DNA of 64,000 nucleotides from an uncultured Nitrososphaerales archaeon (lineage in GTDB: Archaea > Thermoproteota > Nitrososphaeria > Nitrososphaerales > Nitrososphaeraceae), in the NCBI GenBank assembly GCA_963709405.1, contig CAVPXM010000030.1:1-64000 (forward strand), given 5' to 3'. Positions 37,603 to 48,007 of this stretch are shown here, piece after piece. Within the stretch, counting starts at the first letter, position 1. Every line of letters starts with the position of its first letter. The notes below the pieces were generated by a model, which saw only the letters and a program-made list of their open reading frames with translations, ran no database searches and was not told the origin of the DNA. The position numbers and the translations under genes were made by a program.

Positions 37603-38890
37603 GTGACAAGCAAATCTATGCGGAATTATTCCAATTTATCTACAATGAATTTTGAAATCTCAAGGAAACAAGAACATTTCTTAAAAAAAGTTGATGATAT
37701 TTGTAAATTAATTCGTCCATACGAAGAAGAATGTTACTTGAAAGAAAGGTTTAACAAGAGAATAATTTCCGAATTCAGTAAAATTGGAATGCTGGGATGT
37801 CCTATATCTAAAAAATATGGTGGGCTCGGATATGATATTCTAACTTATGCCCTCGCAATAGAAAGATTAGGCGAGGAAGGCAATTCATTGAGGACTTTTT
37901 TTTCAGCGCATATCTCGATTGGTCAAATGGTTCTTGAAGGATGGGGGAATCAAGAACAGCAAAAGAGATATCTGCCTTACACTTCTACAGGCAAAAGCAT
38001 TATGGCATTTGCACTGACAGAGCCTACTGCAGGAAGTGACCCATCTTCTCTTGCTACCACATATGAAGATAGGGGAGACCATTTTGTCATAAATGGAAAG
38101 AAACACTGGATTGGGAATGGCACTATCGCCGACCTCATGACTACTTATGCAAAGGAAAGTGGAAGTATTAACAGTAACAAGAATATATCAGCATTCATCA
38201 TTGATACTGATTCTCAGGGTATATACATAAAGGAAATGAAAAACAAGATTGGCATGTTAACCGTGAAAAATGCGGAAATCTCTTTTCATAATTGCATTGT
38301 CCCAAAAAAGAATTTACTTGGCCAAAAAGGCCAGGGTCTGAATATTGCATACAGTGCACTTATCGATGGACGGCTTAGCGTCGCAGCTGGTGCAATAGGT
38401 GTCATGGTAGACTGTTTACATGAGTCCACCTCCCATGCCAAATCTCGAGTTCAACATGGTTCATTTTTGGCAAAAAAGCAATTAATCCAACGACATATCG
38501 CGAAAATAATATTGAACATAGAAAGTTCTCGGTGGTTGGTATATCGTGCTCGCATTTATCAGGCAAAAACTTCACAATTACGTAGAGGAGCTGAAGACGA
38601 AAGATGACCATTGGCAACTCAAATTGACTAGAAATAATAAAGAATATTCAGTATTGAGGGCTGAAGCTGATAATCTGTCGGCAATAGCAAAATTTTCTGC
38701 AAGTAACGCTGCTTTTGATACATCAAACATAGCTGTTCAAATATTCGGATCCTTCGCTTATAGAAAAACAAACAGAGTAGCACGACATTTCTTGGACTCA
38801 AGAGCAATTACAGTGTATGAAGGTGCAAATGAGGTTCTAGAGCTTAAAATAGCCTCTCACGTTTTGGGAGAAAGATACCGAGCATATTAG
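37603..38890 (+). CDS. Acyl-CoA dehydrogenase family protein (one frameshift near 38560)
   Basis: FALTEPTAGSD, NGKKHWIGNG, GRLSVAAGAIG; C-terminal AVQIFG..ITVYEGANE in the second ORF. Confidence 0.9.
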
Positions 38891-39712
38891 CCCCGGTTTC
38901 TGGGCCTTAACCATAGTTATCGGACAGGTCTTTGTTACCAATCAGATCCAGAATCGAATTATGAATCTACGCGGATAAAAATCATCCTTAATGTTCATTT
39001 ACAGTCGTCTCTGACTTAAGGTTTATCAGCACTCCCTTTCACTATCTATTATATCGAATGGTCTACAAGTCTACATGAAAGAATAAATTTCTCTGTGATA
39101 ACGAGAACAAGGGAGACAAGATTCTAGGTTTAGAAATTCTGATTTTTGTGCCAGTTTTGTGCCAGCTCCCAACTAATAGTTATCATAGCCAGTGATCACA
39201 TACTGGGCACTTTTTATTCCAAACTATTCTTATCCTGTCTTGAAAACTCCAAAATAGTACTCCCTCGTGAATTAATTCGAATATTGCGAACGAATTACAA
39301 CTAATATGATGGATATATCAGATTGCCTAACTAGATGGAACCTCTTCAGACTAAAATTTTTGCAGTCAGCTATTATTCCTATTACCAAGTCTTGCATTCC
39401 GCCTCCATTTGATACGTTGAAGCTTTGAATTGTATTTGAATCAGGTTGACTTTCCATTTCTGCACAAATTTCAATGATCCTTCATCGTGTTCTCCAAAAT
39501 CTATACAATAATAATATTAGTTTTCTGATAATTATCGTAAAATTGCTCACCTACTTTGAATTTGACCATTTGAGAATGCAGACATCTTGAGGTATAGTTT
39601 TAGCGCTAAGAGGAGAGGTTACAAGGATAACCCAGAATACTTGATGGGTAAGAGAAAATGCACTAGTATTTATTATTGTATTGAGCTTAATAAGATGATA
39701 ACAAATCTCGAC

Positions 39713-39991
39713 ATGAGGTATCGAACAAGGACTGAAATTATTGCAAGGATATTGGAGGTTGCTAACGAGGGTACAGTACTTAAAACCAAGATAATGTATG
39801 GTGCATTTTTATCTCATCAACAGCTTAAAGAATATCTCTCTCTTCTATTGGAAAGAGAACTGATACAATATTCCAAAATTGGGCAAACTTATAGAACAAC
39901 AGATAAGGGAGTGCACTTTCTACAAATATATACCACTTTGAATAATATGATCGACAAGAAGAAAAAATCAAATAATAAGAATATTACTTGA
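39713..39991 (+). CDS. Winged-helix regulator (HTH_45-like)
   Basis: MRYRTRTEIIARILE...KTKIMYGAFLS..QLKEYL...YRTTDKG; ATG at 39713 is in frame with the tracked ORF. Confidence 0.88.
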   Translation: MRYRTRTEIIARILEVANEGTVLKTKIMYGAFLSHQQLKEYLSLLLERELIQYSKIGQTYRTTDKGVHFLQIYTTLNNMIDKKKKSNNKNIT

Positions 39992-40892
39992 TTACAGTGG
40001 CTTGGCTATCCATTTGAATTTGTATTAATCTACAATGTTGTCTAGAAGCAAAGGCGGGTACTCGGCAAGAAATAAGCCATTCAATTTTGATAGAATTTCT
40101 TCACAAGGGTGATCAACTTATGGATATCTTTTCAAACCACAATGCAATTCCTACGAGAATAATTGAGGGTTCATCATCTTGTGCATTATAATGATCACCG
40201 GTCTATGCAGGGTGTATAACAGGCTTTACTTATTCCAGTAACGCATTTACTTGATAATCTACTATATATTATTTGTTCTTGTGTTCTCATATAACATACC
40301 TATTAACTTTTTATCCATAGACGTCAGTAATTAATACATTGTTGCAGATTATTGTTACCATTTATGAGGTAGCAAATTTTGCACTCGTTTTAGTGCTTGG
40401 CCAAATTAGTATTTTTCGGTAAAAAAATGACAGTCTTAAACGAGCTCGTTAATGATTGATGCAATTGCTTAATGATACCAATATCCGTAGTAGTTATCGA
40501 ACGCAGAATTAACGGATTTGCTGCTGGCATTGTGGTCTATCTATATAGGAATATACTATTCATATTACTAGATCATCTATCTGTTTTTAATATACTATTA
40601 GTTTACTAATAAACGTATTAAAACTTATTATACAAAATTATCAAATTTCGAGTATATATTAATTAGCATAACCGAAATCGTCTACAGAATAATCAATTAC
40701 TTGATTTATTTATTGAATAATACGTCGAGGTTTAATTTTCTGCTAGACTCCCTTGACAACCTGTCAAGGGTTGTTAATTCAATCTATTACTCTAAAATAA
40801 GCTCGATTCTATATTATAGAAGCAATTAATTCGCGAAATGCATAGAATTTAGCTTCGAAATATGGATATATGAACGGCTAATATTAAATGAT

Positions 40893-41123
40893 GTGTTAAT
40901 AGAAAAGAATTTAGAATCATGTAGGTGTACAGAGTGCTGGAACAAAGACCAGGATGAGTATGGTCGATTCTCATGTCCAAAATGTTGTTCCGAATGCCTA
41001 AGTGTTGAAAGGTATCGAATTGACAATAATCGAGCAATTCAGATTGTCGTATGCCATGGCTGCAATTTTAAATGGAAAGATGTTTGGGGTATACCAGTGC
41101 CGTGTATAGCATTAAAACCATAA
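40893..41123 (+). CDS. Small Cys-rich zinc-ribbon protein
   Basis: CTEC, CPKC, CHGC pairs in 76 aa. Confidence 0.65.
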   Translation: MLIEKNLESCRCTECWNKDQDEYGRFSCPKCCSECLSVERYRIDNNRAIQIVVCHGCNFKWKDVWGIPVPCIALKP

Positions 41124-41599
41124 GAGTCTGTGAGTTTTATCTGTTCAAATCCTCTCATTCTTGATTGACCAACAGTGTTATCCATCGAAACCACTTTTAC
41201 TATAAAAACGAGCTACGGGGAGAGATGTGGACAGGACGTTAAGTGGATTATGGCTCTGCCTGGTTATTTTAACCCCACATTATTTCATCTTCACAAAATT
41301 TGGTAACAAGAAAAAATAGATCCGATTTTTAAATCAGGTGGCCAAAGCATCTATTAAGGAATTGGGAATAGTACCTGCAGAGTAATCATCCAGGGGGACT
41401 CTGAATTGTAAATATTCAGTTCCTTGTCTCAGCAATAATTCAAATATAGTATGAAGATGACCTGTTAGGCTTTTACTAATGTCATTGCTAGTCTACATAA
41501 GGTTACAGGTAACGACGTGTATCTCAATACATTTCTCAATTGAAGTTGATACGGATTCTAGATCTCCAGTTCTGGGGCTTTGTTCTGTAATGAAAGCCC

Positions 41600-41785
41600 C
41601 TAAACTCCTGTCTTTTTCTTCCTTTCCCCTCTTCCAGAATGAGCCTTCTTAGAATGTATTTTGAATCTCTCCTTATTTTCAAATTGCATGCCACATTGCT
41701 TGCATTTGACAGGTTTACCTTTAAGTTCAGTTTCTTGATCGTTATGTTCGTGTTTATCATCTTGTTTACGGTTAAATAGACGCAT
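41600..41785 (-). CDS. Small C2H2 zinc-finger protein
   Basis: CKQCGMQFENKERFKIHSKKAH. Confidence 0.8.
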   Translation of the reverse strand: MRLFNRKQDDKHEHNDQETELKGKPVKCKQCGMQFENKERFKIHSKKAHSGRGERKKKTGV

Positions 41786-42014
41786 GATTGTTAATCTGTC
41801 TATATGAAAGCTTATTAATGCTACGTTAATTTTTTTCGGTGGCTAAAGACTTTAAGGAGTTATTATATCAATGATGAGAAGTTTTTATTTTCAGCTATCT
41901 TCCACAGTTTCGTAGTTAAAACCCGATTTGTACTATTGTATATAATATAATCGTACTAGTGACTCGAGTTGCTGACTTTGTGTGAATTCCTGCTGTTCGC
42001 TCTCCTAGAATCAG

Positions 42015-42848
42015 TTAATGTTCATGACTTTGGTTCAACCCCCATTTTTCTCTTACTCTGTCCTCCAACTTAGAAAATACGACTCTGTCAAATATTAACC
42101 CGATAGCAAATATCGTAATCATCGAAGCAATTATTTGGTCCATTAGCTGAAATTCTCGGCCAACTAGAAGTATGTGGCCTAAACCTACGACTGCTCCTAT
42201 AAGTATTTCAGCTCCTATTAATGCGTGCCACGCGAAAGACCAAGCTTGTTTTATACCGATGAGCAAAGAAGGTGTAGCTGCCGGTATCATGAGATATCGG
42301 AAAAGTGAAAATCCCTTTGCCCCCATATTCCTTGCAGCACGAATGTAAATAGGCGGTATATTACGTACTCCACTATAGGTTGACATCATTACGGAAAAGA
42401 CTGAACTCATTATAACAACAAATAATATGCCGAAGTCATTTAAGCCGATTAATAGGATTGCAAATGGTACCCATGCTACACTCGGAAACGATTGCAGCCC
42501 TACTGCAAAGGAACTCATAGTTTTTCCAAAGCCTGAGAATTTTACCATGGCCAATCCAATTCCTATGCCAAAGATTATTGATATGGAAAACCCAATGCTA
42601 AGCCTATACATGGTAACTGCAATGCTGCTTATCAGAGTCATATCTTGAATTAGCTCTTCAAACGAGCCTGAAACCATAGCTGGAGACGGTAATGCCACCC
42701 GTGGCCACACGTTCAGTAAGAATACTATCTGCCATATTCCAAGGAATGTAGCTATAAACAGAGTAACATTAGCTACATTATCCAAATCTATGTTTCTTAA
42801 TGCCCTTCTTTGAGAGGCATTTTTTCCTAGTCCTGTTTCCATATACAT
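42015..42848 (-). CDS. ABC transporter permease, SsuC/TauC family
   Basis: LPSP, PSVAWVP, IRAARNMGA (EAA loop), W.ALIGAE, GLG. Confidence 0.92.
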   Translation of the reverse strand: MYMETGLGKNASQRRALRNIDLDNVANVTLFIATFLGIWQIVFLLNVWPRVALPSPAMVSGSFEELIQDMTLISSIAVTMYRLSIGFSISIIFGIGIGLAMVKFSGFGKTMSSFAVGLQSFPSVAWVPFAILLIGLNDFGILFVVIMSSVFSVMMSTYSGVRNIPPIYIRAARNMGAKGFSLFRYLMIPAATPSLLIGIKQAWSFAWHALIGAEILIGAVVGLGHILLVGREFQLMDQIIASMITIFAIGLIFDRVVFSKLEDRVREKWGLNQSHEH

Positions 42849-43856
42849 CAGGTACCAGAATCAGAGTACATTTTAGATTCAATAAGAAATCTTTTTTTCT
42901 GTATCTTACTAAGTGACAATTGTCTCTTCCTCACTGGATGCAGCACGTATGCCATGCTGCAGACCTACTCATACTGTTTGTGTTATTCATGCGCATCACT
43001 TCTGTAAAACGCTTAATCTCAGCTATATCCTAGATGAATATTACTGCTTAGGTATGTGCAAAAATGCACAGGTTAACGCAAAATATTCACATATCGTAAT
43101 CATCACCAATTATTCTGCATCTTTTCTCAAATATAGATAAGAAGAATAGATATAACAATGCGTAATAATGGTCAGGCAATATTTTTCCAAGCCTATTATA
43201 GTGTTTCCGATAAACAATCCACAATAAATTCTAAATTTGCTCACGAAAATGCACGTGTATTCTAAAGACCTGCCTGTCGTGTTTTGTATTTAGCCATCCA
43301 TTATTTACCTTATAAGGATTATTCGAGATTGCGTGGATCGTTTCTACGTTAAATTACACTATGCCATATCCAAGGCGGGTTTCCCGTGTTCCGCCTAGTC
43401 TATATCAACATATCTGTTTGGAATTTGAGTTCAAACCTAGCATAAATCTAATCATTTGCTATTTTATAAAAGACGATTCTGGGAATAATGCAGATAAAAA
43501 GTAATTGTAAATACACTTCGGCTTAGTCTCAGTCCTCATGAGAGAATCAATCATCGTGTTACGCACAAAAACAAGATCAATAAAGATGGATGTCAACTCT
43601 AAATGAAAAACTATAATGACCTAAAATTCTATGATAGAGATTGATCTATGAATAGGCTAAATTACCTATCAGGATCTTTCAATTTGGTTCTGCATTTATA
43701 TGGGTTTGAAGCGCAAGGCGATATTTATGCTATTCCAAGACGATGACCTGTTTGAAAGATGATAATAACAATAAAACAATAATTTGTTATCGGATATTGT
43801 TATTTAGAGAAGTAGCATATGTATTTTTAAGATGGTATTAAGTAAGTAAGTAAAGC

Positions 43857-44063
43857 ATGGTAGACTTAACGAAGCTAAAATACAAAGTCAATTATAATCA
43901 TTATACATATAATTTTAAAACGAAGAGATATGAGAGTAAAGAAGCAAGCTACTCAAGTTATGAGCAGGCTAGAGCAAATCAATGGAAATGCGAAAAATGT
44001 TGCAAACTATTCGCAACTCTCAAGCAACTTAGACTCCATAAACTGGAATATCATTCCTACTAG
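43857..44063 (+). CDS. Small C2H2 zinc-finger protein
   Basis: WKCEKCCKLFATLKQLRLHKLEYHSY. Confidence 0.8.
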   Translation: MVDLTKLKYKVNYNHYTYNFKTKRYESKEASYSSYEQARANQWKCEKCCKLFATLKQLRLHKLEYHSY

Positions 44064-44558
44064 TACATTTAGACGATGAACGCGTCAGTTCTGATTAGTG
44101 TACATTTTGATGTATTAGGTAAATGTTAGTTATTGCTTTTACTGATTGAGATTCTGATAAGTGGATCCAAAGATCAGTTGGTGAGGCTAATGCTAGACGA
44201 ACTGTTCGTGACTTGGCATGTTCGGCTCCGTATTGTCTAGTTACGTAGCCGCTTTACCTCCCTCCCATCGTAAGTTTGAATAATCTCTCATCGAGAGTTT
44301 ATTCAATTGAATACTGCCCAGAAATCTTTTATTCGACAGACCATGTATTACGAACCGAATTTATATCATGAGGTTGAGTATCTAAGCGTTAGTTTTTAAT
44401 GTTCTAATACCAACTACTCAATGTTGAGAACAATACAAGTAACGTAAAAAGGATATAAATCTTATCTAATAAAGATATGTAAGACAGAAATTTAAACGAA
44501 GCTAGGTAGTTATGTTAGCATATCATAAATACTTATTTTTTAACTTATAGTTGGCCAC

Positions 44559-44819
44559 TTGAAATATAGGAGCAGAACTGATATAATTGCAATGATTTTG
44601 GAGAGCGCAAATAGAGAAGGTGGGTCAACAAAGACTAAGATAATGTATAAAGCATTTTTGTCCTTCACTCAACTCAAGGAATATCTGATGGTTTTATCAC
44701 AAAACGATTTGCTACAATATGAGGAAATAAATCAGGTCTATAAAACTACAAGCAAAGGAATTCAATATTTAGATCTCTATAATAATATTGACGAACTGAG
44801 CAGTGCCAGCGTAGACTAA
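44559..44819 (+). CDS. Winged-helix regulator (HTH_45-like), paralogue of 39713-39991
   Basis: MKYRSRTDIIAMILE...KTKIMYKAFLS..QLKEYL...YKTTSKG. Confidence 0.9.
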   Translation: MKYRSRTDIIAMILESANREGGSTKTKIMYKAFLSFTQLKEYLMVLSQNDLLQYEEINQVYKTTSKGIQYLDLYNNIDELSSASVD

Positions 44820-44866
44820 TGGCTCTAAGTATCTGATTATCAACTGTTTGAGACTAGTGTGATTCT

Positions 44867-45000
44867 GCTTTGTTGCATAACTAAGCAAACCTCAACTACT
44901 TGACGATAAGCCGATAACATTGTATTAATTAATATCATATATTTATCTCAAAAATGACTTTCTATACCATAAGAGACGAGGATGAGTCATGCAACAAAGC
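44867..45000. mobile_element. MITE (~135 bp, non-autonomous)
   Basis: Inverted termini GCTTTGTTGCATAACT / AGTCATGCAACAAAGC (15/16); flanking direct repeat AGTGTGATTCT at 44856-44866 and 45001-45011. Confidence 0.8.
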
Positions 45001-45390
45001 AGTGTGATTCTATTAAATTACACGTTAATCACGACGAGTTTGATAAAAAAAGAATCATAGATTGTAAATTTCATAAACATATGCGATTGATCTTTTCTGA
45101 TTTGAACGTGAACGAGAGTTGAATAATTTACATTTCTAAACTTTGATTTACGCCGTGGAAGTCATTTATTTGTTGAAATACAGGGATAATTTCTTTATGG
45201 AGGCGTGTATTAGTTGTCTTAATTCTGGAGTAACCGCTAGTCGGTTGACCATTCGACAAAATTCAATGTTTAGCAAATCATAATCAAAACCTTGATTTGT
45301 TACCATGACAATGCACTATAATACATTTACAATCAAAAAAAGAAATTGGATATTTCTGAATTACACTCGGTTGACAGCGATGTCGTCATT

Positions 45391-45954
45391 TTACGGTATG
45401 GATCTGCTGTATAATTTACCTTCGAGAGCTAGCTTGTACATCTCGGCTACATATGGATTCCTGGCTGGTGTTTCTGCTCCTAACTCCACTAAACGTGCAT
45501 ATACTCTTACTACATAAGCAAGAGCACCCATGAAAGCAACTACTACTCCCATGTTGAACATCCAATGGTTGGGGACTGAAAATATTTCTTCGACGAACCA
45601 GAAGTGCCACAATTCATTTATGCCTATTGTAAACATTGTAGCTAGATAACCGATGATAGTTATCTTCAGGCCAGTATTCATAGAGTTATTCGGTCCTCTT
45701 AGGATAGGCACTCTTCTATCGTACATTGCCACAAATCCCCATCCTAATGGAAGAGCAATGAAGTGGCTGTACAACCACCAGTGAGCTGGTGTAAATGCAC
45801 TATCTCTAATAGCTGTCTGATGTAGTGAGCCGTCGACGAAGTTATCTACTTCTACTGATGCAGCGATTGAACCAAGCATAATGACCATTATGTATATCTT
45901 TTTTAGTCTCTGTATTTCTACTTCTTTGGGAATCAGTGCTGGCATTTGTGCCAT
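45391..45954 (-). CDS. amoC: Archaeal ammonia monooxygenase subunit C (stand-alone copy)
   Basis: MAQMPALIPKEVEIQRLKK, DGSLHQT, FTPAHWWLYSHF, NELWHFWFVEEIFSVPNHW; metal-site D/H/H intact. Confidence 0.98.
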   Translation of the reverse strand: MAQMPALIPKEVEIQRLKKIYIMVIMLGSIAASVEVDNFVDGSLHQTAIRDSAFTPAHWWLYSHFIALPLGWGFVAMYDRRVPILRGPNNSMNTGLKITIIGYLATMFTIGINELWHFWFVEEIFSVPNHWMFNMGVVVAFMGALAYVVRVYARLVELGAETPARNPYVAEMYKLALEGKLYSRSIP

Positions 45955-45984
45955 GTTAGTTCATAATTCATCATGTCTTTGCAT

Positions 45985-45992
45985 TACTTAAA
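45985..45992 (-). promoter_or_regulatory. TATA box of amoC
   Basis: TTTAAGTA on minus strand about 30 nt upstream of the ATG, preceded by A-rich BRE-like sequence. Confidence 0.55.
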
Positions 45993-46281
45993 GCTTATGT
46001 TAACAAAATTTCATTCGGAATTACACAACATTGAATCATTAAAGTATAATTGTAAATATATTGATATTCAAATCTAATAATTCAATAAAATTAATATCGT
46101 CAATGAGATTATCGATATTGATAATCATATATGCTAGACAAATGACTCACTATTATTCAAGGTTTTATAGAACGGTAGATCCTTCTCGACCCAGAATGGG
46201 CGATCTGAATTTGTAAGATGAATCCAAGATTCAACAGACATGGGTATATGGATAATATGAACAATCCGTAAAATCCTGTAT

Positions 46282-46776
46282 TTATTCATCGGGAACTTTT
46301 TTAAGTATGTCTTTGGATTGCCAAAAAGTCAGAAGTTCCCTAGCTTGTTCATATTCAAGCCAAACATAATCGACATGTTCTTGGGAAATTATTACTTGAT
46401 AATCATAAGTACTAACATGATAGAATTTGACCACCTTTTCGATCTCTACGCCCATCTTTAAGAAGATGTAGTTTACGTCACCAAGATAGTCTAATACCAC
46501 GAATTTGCTAATTCCAGTCTCTTCACGAATTTCTCTTCTAAGCGTGTCATAGTCTGTTTCGCCTTTCTCCCTACGACCTTTGACAAAGTTCCAGTCTCCT
46601 CTCGGACTTTTCATTAGTAAGAATTGTCTCGTTTTGGAATTGAGTCTTTTAGATCGTGAAGGCCCAAACGTCGATTGGTACGGAGTATATGAAATGACTG
46701 CACCCACAGATTCTTCATAACCTCGTTTCTTTATTTGCACTTCCATCATTCTATCCAATGAATCAGAACAAACCAA
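46282..46776 (-). CDS. Nudix hydrolase (Ap4A-hydrolase-like)
   Basis: Nudix box KGRREKGETDYDTLRREIREETG; SQEHVDYVW. Confidence 0.9.
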   Translation of the reverse strand: MVCSDSLDRMMEVQIKKRGYEESVGAVISYTPYQSTFGPSRSKRLNSKTRQFLLMKSPRGDWNFVKGRREKGETDYDTLRREIREETGISKFVVLDYLGDVNYIFLKMGVEIEKVVKFYHVSTYDYQVIISQEHVDYVWLEYEQARELLTFWQSKDILKKVPDE

Positions 46777-46838
46777 CTGTACCTTGAGATCAATTTTGCC
46801 AAATATCTTATGGAATGTGTTATATCAACAACAAATTT

Positions 46839-47583
46839 TTAAGTGCATCTAAATGAATCAGCCGAGAACCCGTCGCTTTTATCATCTTTTGACATGTGAT
46901 TAGCATCTAATACCGCATCGATATCGCATTTTGAAATAGATGTTGATTCGTCGTTTAGTGTAGGAGACATTAAGTCACCATTGAAATTTGCATGGCCTAA
47001 ACCAAGTGCATGTCCCAGCTCATGTTTTGCAATTTGTTCAGTCGTACCAAAGTCTAATTTGTCACCAAAAATAGATTTCGATATCGTTGTTACTGCATCA
47101 GTAATCATGCCATTTTGAAGGTTATAATTAATTCGTGTTGCTCCGGGCGCTATAGCCTTCAAACTAATTCCTTTATTAGCTGAGCTTCATATGCCCCACA
47201 CTACCATCTTGGGAAAATTTTGAATTAAACTTCAACGTTATATCTGCGTTAGTGTCAGAAGAGTCTAGTTCATTGAACCTTAGACCCTCAATGTTCCTGG
47301 TCCAATCATCTATAGCACTGTGCACTGCTTGTTCCGTCATAGCATTTCCGCCTATGATCCTATATGTTACGCCTTCACCGCTAATCTTATTAGCTCCCCA
47401 ACCACAACAAATTTGGATCGACTGTTCGTTATTTGATAGATCGTTATTGCCATGACCAAACGAACGTACTGATTTAGATTTTTTTGCTTCTACTTGATGG
47501 TTATAATTGTGCACATCAATAGCCGGTAATGCGATAAATACAGACATTACAATAATGATAAATAGCGAGATCTTGAAGAACAA
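46839..47583 (-). CDS. Secreted matrixin-like (metzincin) metalloprotease, split by a frameshift
   Basis: Signal peptide in 47176-47583; HELGHALGLGH and Met-turn DLMSP in 46839-47162. Confidence 0.82.
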
Positions 47584-48007
47584 TATAACTCTCTTGACGT
47601 CCAGCTCTTTAAACTTACTGTTTTTATTAGGTTTCGTTTCCCTGTGTTAGTTGTACCATGGTCTATAACTTCTGAAGTAATCATTCACGAAATATTATTT
47701 GTAAGGGTTGTGTTCAATAATCTTTATCCGGTATCTTTGAATCATTACTCCTGTTACATCTACGTATTCCAAGAACGAGTCGGCTCAATATACTGGATGA
47801 TAAATAATTGTATTATGGTAGACATAATGAGAGGCTAAGTAATGATAGTATTCGTTGCTTGTTGAGTTAATTATGGACAACACTTCAATTCAGATCGAAC
47901 GAGGATCTAGTTCGATACCAGGGCTAAAATTGAGACGACCACTTTCTACTAGAACCAATAGCATCCCATTGTGATCTCTTATTAAAAATGTCCTTCCTTA
48001 TCTAAAG

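Noticed and set aside
45391-45954. amoC without amoA/amoB as a novelty
   Set aside because: Dispersed, multi-copy amoC is well documented in Nitrososphaeraceae.
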